Below, piece by piece: positions 58,225 through 64,000 of a stretch of DNA of 64,000 bases. Each line of letters opens with the position of its first letter. The stretch's first letter is position 1. This stretch comes from Candidatus Atabeyarchaeum deiterrae. Lineage in GTDB: Archaea > Asgardarchaeota > Atabeyarchaeia > Atabeyarchaeales > Atabeyarchaeaceae. Both the position numbers and the translations under genes were made by a program. The notes under the pieces were generated by a model, which saw nothing but the letters and a program-made list of their open reading frames with translations, was not told the origin of the DNA and searched no databases. Where the stretch lies: assembly GCA_037310415.1 (NCBI GenBank), contig CP147780.1, positions 2,272,001 to 2,336,000 of the forward strand, written 5' to 3'.

Positions 58225-58329
58225 ATGTCAAAGAAGAAATCGAAACCAGCTCACAAGGGAGCAAGGAAGACTCAGAAGAAGTCTTCAAAGAAGGAAGGAT
58301 GGTTCGCCAGACACTTCAAGGAAAAATAA
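58225..58329 (+). CDS. Small lysine-rich basic peptide (34 aa)
   Basis: MSKKKSKPAHKGARKTQKKSSKKEGWFARHFKEK; GAGAGGA SD. Confidence 0.5.
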   Translation: MSKKKSKPAHKGARKTQKKSSKKEGWFARHFKEK

Positions 58330-58663
58330 GGAAACTGATTCCACCAATACCAGCTATAGTCGATACGAAGGAAGGGGCTGTCTACCAGGTCAACTCGACC
58401 AATGCTATATTGAGCAGATGATGGTTCCTTCTGGTATCACAATTTCGATGTTTTCTGATGGCTTGCGAGGGACTGACTTTAGGGCAATATAACCAACGAA
58501 AAAGTGAAGTGGGGAATTGGGGAAGGCAGAAAGCTTCCTGATGCGGGGAAGTTGCGCCTGATATTCCCTTTTTTTGTTCTTGTTTTTCTCGGAAAGTAGA
58601 AATAATAGTTCACCCAAGATGATAAGCTTGGGAAGAGTCCTCTGGAGGAGGAAAGAGAGACAA

Positions 58664-60346
58664 TTGTCTAAGAAGAGTATTTACGAACAGAAACCTTGGC
58701 TGAAATCCTACGTAGAAGGGGTCCCTGAGCACGTCGAATACCCCGAGGTACCGCTTTTTGATGTGATTGATAGAGCTGGCAAAGAAATACCAGACAACAC
58801 TGCAATCTACTTTCTCGGTAGGAAGATAAACTACCGAGACCTGAAGGCAATGGTTGACAAGCTTGCAACTGCGCTCGCTGCACTTGGCGTTAAGAAAGGC
58901 GATGTCGTTGCTCTGTTTCTGCCCAATTATCCGCAGTTTGTAATAGGGTATTATGCAGCAATCAGAATCGGGGCAATAGTGACTTCATTGAGTCTGTTAG
59001 CAACACCTCCTGAAGCAAAGTATCAGCTAACGGACTCTCAGGCGCAGACTATAATAATCGACGAGAGAAATCTGCCGACCCTTGATAAGGTTAAGAGTGA
59101 AACTAAACTCAAGCATGTAATAGTAACAGCCTTACAGGATTTTCTGCCTGGAAAGCCCCCGGTTCACAAAGAGATACCTGGTGCGCAGTGGTTATTAGAC
59201 CTCATAAACAAGTACGAGTCCAACCCACCCGTTGTCAAGATAGATCCTAGGGAAGACGCAGCGATACTCCAGTATACCGGAGGAACGACTGGGGTTCCGA
59301 AAGGCGCCATATTGACTCATTTCAACCTGTATTCAAATGCTGTTCAGGTCAACGTTTGGATAAGGGAAGCGAAATACGGAAAAGAGGTTGTCATGGCTAA
59401 CCTGCCGTTCTTTCATTTGTATGGCATGGAAGCATGCATGAACATGGGGCTATACTGCGGTGCCATGCTAGTGTTGAACCCCGACCCCCGAGACATAACA
59501 TCTTTGCTATACTTGATCAAGGCAACCAAACCTACGCTCATGCCAGGAGTACCAACGCTTTACATGAAGATCCTAGATCATCCCGACGTGACCAAAGGAA
59601 AAATTGATTTTAGCTCTCTCTGGGTTCTGGTAAGCGGTGCAGCTCCGTGCCCTCCAGAAGTACTCAAGAGATTCAAAGCAATGACTTCAGCAAAACTTGT
59701 GGAAGCCTATGGGATGACTGAAACCTCGCCAGCAGCCACCATAACCCCATTCGGCGGAAAGATCAAACTTGGAAGTGTGGGTCTGCCGATATCTGACACA
59801 GAAATCAAACTTGTCGATATCGACACAGGAACGAAGGAAGTGCCTCTCAACGAGCCAGGCGAAATAGTCATCCGTGGCCCACAAGTCTTCAAGGGATACT
59901 GGAACAGACCCGAAGAGACCAAGAATCAACTTAAGAATGGCTGGCTATACACGGGAGACATAGGGAAAATGGATGAAGAAGGTTACTTCTACATTGTTGA
60001 CAGGAAGAAGGAGATGGTAATCGTCTCAGGCTTCAAAGTCTATCCACGCGAAGTCGACGACGTGCTCTATGAGCACCCAGCCGTCCAAATGGCTGCAACA
60101 GTCGGGATTCCAGACCCCGATAAGCCTGGCAGCGAGAAGGTGAAAGCGTTCATCGTGCTCAAACCAACCTATCAGCCCAGCGAAGAGCTCAAGGAAGACA
60201 TCATTGCTCATGCACGAAAGTCACTTTCCCCTTACAAGGTCCCGAAATTCATAGAATTCAGAAAAGAGGTACCCACTTCTCTCGTAGGAAAAGTACTGAA
60301 GAGACCATTGAAAGAGGAAGAACAGCAGAAGAATATCGGCAAGTAA
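58664..60346 (+). CDS. Long-chain fatty acid-CoA ligase
   Basis: QYTGGTTGVPKG, EAYGMTE, TGDIG, DRKKEM, GKVLKR; start set at TTG 58664. Confidence 0.93.
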   Translation: MSKKSIYEQKPWLKSYVEGVPEHVEYPEVPLFDVIDRAGKEIPDNTAIYFLGRKINYRDLKAMVDKLATALAALGVKKGDVVALFLPNYPQFVIGYYAAIRIGAIVTSLSLLATPPEAKYQLTDSQAQTIIIDERNLPTLDKVKSETKLKHVIVTALQDFLPGKPPVHKEIPGAQWLLDLINKYESNPPVVKIDPREDAAILQYTGGTTGVPKGAILTHFNLYSNAVQVNVWIREAKYGKEVVMANLPFFHLYGMEACMNMGLYCGAMLVLNPDPRDITSLLYLIKATKPTLMPGVPTLYMKILDHPDVTKGKIDFSSLWVLVSGAAPCPPEVLKRFKAMTSAKLVEAYGMTETSPAATITPFGGKIKLGSVGLPISDTEIKLVDIDTGTKEVPLNEPGEIVIRGPQVFKGYWNRPEETKNQLKNGWLYTGDIGKMDEEGYFYIVDRKKEMVIVSGFKVYPREVDDVLYEHPAVQMAATVGIPDPDKPGSEKVKAFIVLKPTYQPSEELKEDIIAHARKSLSPYKVPKFIEFRKEVPTSLVGKVLKRPLKEEEQQKNIGK

Positions 60347-60382
60347 AACATGGCTATCTTAGACTAGCACCATTCCTTTTCC

Positions 60383-60895
60383 TTAGAATGTAATTGTCTT
60401 AGACGAGACTTGGACAGTTCCGCCTTGCCGTACTGTTGAGAGAACCACAAAAGTTGTTGTCTTTTCTACAGATGGGCATTGCCTGATTTTCTCGATTATT
60501 TTCTCGAGTTCAGTCGGGTTATTGCAGACAACTCTGACAACGTAATCGAACTCCCCGGTGACCGAGTATATTTCGACTGCTTCACTGATTGTTGTCAGTT
60601 CTTTGGCTACATCTTGTTGGCCTCTCTTTGTGTTCACCATTATTAGCGCTGCCACGGCTTTACCGAGTTTTGCAAGGTCCAAGTTTACTGTGAAGCTCTT
60701 TATCACGCCTGAGTCAGCCAACTTTCTTATCCTGTTTCTGACAGTTGTCTCTGACAGACCTAGTCTTTTGGCTATCTCGGCTGCTGGAGTTCTGGAGTCG
60801 CGCTGGAGAAATGATATGATTATTCTGTCGGTCTCATCCACAGTCGGCTCTCGTCCGACTTCGGTAACACTTTCTTCTCCTTCATTAGCAGTCAT
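60383..60895 (-). CDS. Lrp/AsnC family regulator
   Basis: VDETDRIII.FLQRDSR...EIAKRLGLSE, YSVTGEFD. Confidence 0.9.
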   Translation of the reverse strand: MTANEGEESVTEVGREPTVDETDRIIISFLQRDSRTPAAEIAKRLGLSETTVRNRIRKLADSGVIKSFTVNLDLAKLGKAVAALIMVNTKRGQQDVAKELTTISEAVEIYSVTGEFDYVVRVVCNNPTELEKIIEKIRQCPSVEKTTTFVVLSTVRQGGTVQVSSKTITF

Positions 60896-61207
60896 TTAGT
60901 GTCTCCTCCCTTAGTTCGAAGCTACCGACCTGCAATGTGACTTGGGAATCCAAAAGCATACCCTTAGAACTACTTCCGTTTCGACATAAAAGCTTTGCTT
61001 GGTAAGTGTTTTGGAACGATCTTTATACCGACCATCATACTAAACGGAATTCGAATCCATAGTTTGAATCAAGATAATCACACACATCTACAAGCTGGAG
61101 GTTGAAGTTCAGAAACCCACGTGATTGAATAGAAAGCTTCTAGTTACCGTCAGCAAAAGCTTATATTGATGGTGAAGGAAGGGACGTTCAGGGAGAGCGT
61201 GGGCGCA

Positions 61208-62128
61208 ATGTCGTCGAAAGAGTATTCTGTTTATGTGAATGGAAAGTTTTACCCCAAAGGGGACGCCAAGATATCCGTCTATGATCATGGGCTCCTTTAT
61301 GGAGACGGTGTTTTTGAGGGAATCAGAGAGTACGATGGCGTTGTTTTCCAGTTGGCTGAACACGTTTGCAGATTGTATCGTTCTGCTAAGGCAATTAAAC
61401 TCGGCATTCCCATATCAATGGACGAGATGACAAAGGCGACCGTTGAAACACTTCGAGTAAACAGGCTTCGAGACGCTTACATTCGTCTTATCGTTACAAG
61501 AGGTGTTGGAGATCTTGGCGTAGATCCGAAGAAGTGCACTAACTCCACTATAATAATCATAGCCGAACCTATTGAGGCAACTTACGGAAAGGAGGCAAAA
61601 GAGAACGGCATACGCGTTGGGTTCGTCTCCACAAGGCGGGATGTCGTCGATTCAACGACACACGAAGTGAAATCACTCAACTACCTCAACAGCATTTTGG
61701 CAAAGATAGATGCAAATGAGGCAGGATGGGATGACGCTATCATGCTCGACCACAGGGGATATGTGAGCGAGACACCTACGGCGAACGTTTTCATGGTCCA
61801 AGGCTCTGACACAATTGCCACGCCACCAGTAACAGCAGGCATACTCGACGGGATAACGCGGAGAAGGGTAATGAGAATAGGAAGAGATGTTGGATTCAAC
61901 GTTGTTGAAAAGGATATGACGCCTTTCGAGTTGATGAATGCTGATGAAGTCTTTCTAACTGGTACAAAAGCAGAGATGGTTCCTATTGTTAGTATCAGCG
62001 GCAGAACTATAGGCGATGGAAAAGTTGGTCTGGTAACCAAGCGCCTGCTGAATGAATTTGTTAGAATAAGGAAAGACCCTTCCGAGGGAATTTCAATCGA
62101 CACTTACAAAGGAGAAAAGAAGAAGTAG
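61208..62128 (+). CDS. ilvE: Branched-chain amino acid aminotransferase
   Basis: DHGLLYGDGVFEG, YIRL, KSLNY, ILDGITR, DEVFLTGT. Confidence 0.93.
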   Translation: MSSKEYSVYVNGKFYPKGDAKISVYDHGLLYGDGVFEGIREYDGVVFQLAEHVCRLYRSAKAIKLGIPISMDEMTKATVETLRVNRLRDAYIRLIVTRGVGDLGVDPKKCTNSTIIIIAEPIEATYGKEAKENGIRVGFVSTRRDVVDSTTHEVKSLNYLNSILAKIDANEAGWDDAIMLDHRGYVSETPTANVFMVQGSDTIATPPVTAGILDGITRRRVMRIGRDVGFNVVEKDMTPFELMNADEVFLTGTKAEMVPIVSISGRTIGDGKVGLVTKRLLNEFVRIRKDPSEGISIDTYKGEKKK

Positions 62129-62143
62129 CACCTTCTTGTTCTC

Positions 62144-64000
62144 TCAGGCATTTTGACTCTTGTGTCTTGGCTTCCGTCCTCTCGGATTGATTGAACTCAA
62201 GATCAGTTTGAAGGTTCTCACCTTGAATGGCGGCGCCTCGAACAGTACCTCTCCTTCACTTGTTATGATTAGCTTCTTCTTTCCTGAGGTTTCTCCAAGT
62301 GGTTCTTCGCGCATGTTTACTGGAAAGATCTTGCCAAGTTCACTGTGGGTTTTCAGTTTCCCATTGATCATTTCTCTGGTCGTGTTGTAAACCCTTACTA
62401 TGATTCCAATGCCGTCTTCAGCTTGCTTTATTGTGCTCACTAGGATGTTTGCCGGCTCAACCTTGAGAAAGCTTAGTTCGAGAGGCAAGGAGTGTGATTG
62501 CAGGTTGGCTGTCCTGGTCACAGTTTCTCTGAATTCGGCAGGAACCACGGACGGGTCTCCGATGGCGAAATCGTGGTCCACAACCTGAACGATTCTCATG
62601 GGAGTCTGGTGTTGCATTGCTTGCATGTATGACTTTGACTCTTCCCACGTACCACCATGTGGGATTACTGAGTAGCTGAAACTGTGTTTGCCGAGGCACT
62701 GAGCGCCCGGGGTTGGGATTATCGGCCCAGCAGAACCAATTCTGGTTGACAACTCTTCCCCAGACAGCCAGCCGACGCACCTTAGGAGTGTTATTGCGAT
62801 GGTTCCTCCTTCTTTGGCTTCGTATTCTTGGAGACCTCTTGCAGTTATAGTGATCCCCTTTTCTCTGTCGCTTATCGAGACATAGGATTGCATTGGATAA
62901 GTAGGAGAGGGAGGCTCGATCCACCCGTTTCCAGAAGGCAGCGAGATAGGTCTTCTTATTACATGAAATGCTTGGTCAGCGTGTACATGGTCAGAGGCTA
63001 ATCCAGTCGGGAAGACAACTCTCAGCCTGTGGTCTTCCACATTATTGTCGAATTCGAGCACGAAATCAACTCTTGGCACCTTTGGGGCTAAGGACACTTC
63101 GCAGGTGACACGGCATGGGATGAGTTGATCCCATCTTGTTCTCCTATCTTCAGCGGCGCGTGCGGGGAGCTGTAGCTCGTATTCTATTCTCAAAGTAGAT
63201 CTTGCTGTCCCTTTCGTGCAAACCGAATGTATTGTTCTGAGATCCTTATTCGAGTACAATCTGTCTTCCTTTGGAGGGTCATAGTTGTATTCGTCGCCGA
63301 CATCCCCTCCATCCTCAAGTGTGTTGAGGCCGCTGTAAGTCTTTCCTCTGATTCTATCGGTCAGTGTGATTGAACCATCCTTCTCAACCTTGACCGCCAT
63401 GTACTCATTATCTATCGTGTCTCCCTCACATGGAAAAGGTGGATGGGTTGACTGAATAGGGCCTTTTTGGTTTTGGTTGACGTCTTCCTTGTCGATGCGC
63501 TTGATTTTGTAAGTCTTGTAGCCACATGGCGGTATGTCTTCAGCCAAGAAGTTTATGTCGAAGATTCTTTCTTCGATCTTTGATGATACGGCCCACTTTA
63601 TGTCTCGTTTACAGAGCGTGCAGAAGTTGACATGCTTACCATTTGGATCTGTTAACTCGAATTCATCTGTGCTCTTCTTTGCGAGGATTGTCGACTCAAC
63701 GACATCGGTTCTACTCCAATTCAGTGGATTAAAGACAACTAGTGCGTAATCCTTTTGGCTAATACTGATTTTTGAGGCGATCAACGTGAGATCATCTCTC
63801 AGGACTGATTCCCCAAGTTGCTGCGCCGAAGTAAACCTCTTCATCATATCATCGTGAATTGAGTCAACTCCACAGCCACAGATATCGTCGTGAGGATGAC
63901 ATTGAAGAGTATACTTCCAAGCTTGCCAGATTAGACCATGATTATGTCTTTCACCTAGACTCCATGTCCAAGCGTCGAACGGTTCGACCCACCTCTCAAG
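62144..64000 (-). CDS. GH38 alpha-mannosidase-like protein (5' end outside window)
   Basis: Frame open to the window edge with HPHDDICGCGVD; FNPLNWSR, DGGDVGDEY, DHRLRV.FP, TLLR. Confidence 0.9.
   Translation of the reverse strand, partial: LERWVEPFDAWTWSLGERHNHGLIWQAWKYTLQCHPHDDICGCGVDSIHDDMMKRFTSAQQLGESVLRDDLTLIASKISISQKDYALVVFNPLNWSRTDVVESTILAKKSTDEFELTDPNGKHVNFCTLCKRDIKWAVSSKIEERIFDINFLAEDIPPCGYKTYKIKRIDKEDVNQNQKGPIQSTHPPFPCEGDTIDNEYMAVKVEKDGSITLTDRIRGKTYSGLNTLEDGGDVGDEYNYDPPKEDRLYSNKDLRTIHSVCTKGTARSTLRIEYELQLPARAAEDRRTRWDQLIPCRVTCEVSLAPKVPRVDFVLEFDNNVEDHRLRVVFPTGLASDHVHADQAFHVIRRPISLPSGNGWIEPPSPTYPMQSYVSISDREKGITITARGLQEYEAKEGGTIAITLLRCVGWLSGEELSTRIGSAGPIIPTPGAQCLGKHSFSYSVIPHGGTWEESKSYMQAMQHQTPMRIVQVVDHDFAIGDPSVVPAEFRETVTRTANLQSHSLPLELSFLKVEPANILVSTIKQAEDGIGIIVRVYNTTREMINGKLKTHSELGKIFPVNMREEPLGETSGKKKLIITSEGEVLFEAPPFKVRTFKLILSSINPRGRKPRHKSQNA

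Noticed and set aside
1-64000. tRNA or rRNA genes, integrase, autonomous transposase
   Set aside because: None recognised; a tRNAscan/Infernal run is needed to exclude small RNAs.

Overview
Archaeal genomic window: TATA-box promoters, GGTGA/GGAGG SD motifs, Lrp regulators, KaiC-like ATPases, DUF3227/DUF1614/DUF35 families and a longin-like protein suggest a Bathyarchaeia-like TACK or Asgard archaeon (inference). It holds sugar and lipid catabolic genes, housekeeping genes (nadE, purC, corA, ilvE), an MNT-HEPN toxin-antitoxin pair, a 16-repeat beta-propeller surface protein and a complete type I-B CRISPR-Cas locus (cas6-8b-7-5-3-4-1-2; 43 repeats, 42 spacers). Main finding: a 1292-bp element (2599-3890) that encodes only a TnpB, with His at the RuvC-III Asp position and a 3' omegaRNA-like structure. 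It is bounded by perfect 22-bp IS6-type terminal inverted repeats (GGTTCTGTT...) and an 8-bp target-site duplication, and sits in the TATA box of a host gene. Second: an RsbR-RsbS-RsbT-RsbX/T stressosome directly downstream of KaiC-like ATPase genes in an organism without sigma factors. Third: cas2 has ACG where its start should be and is in frame with cas1 across a single TAG. All family calls come from motif recognition by eye; no database searches were run.
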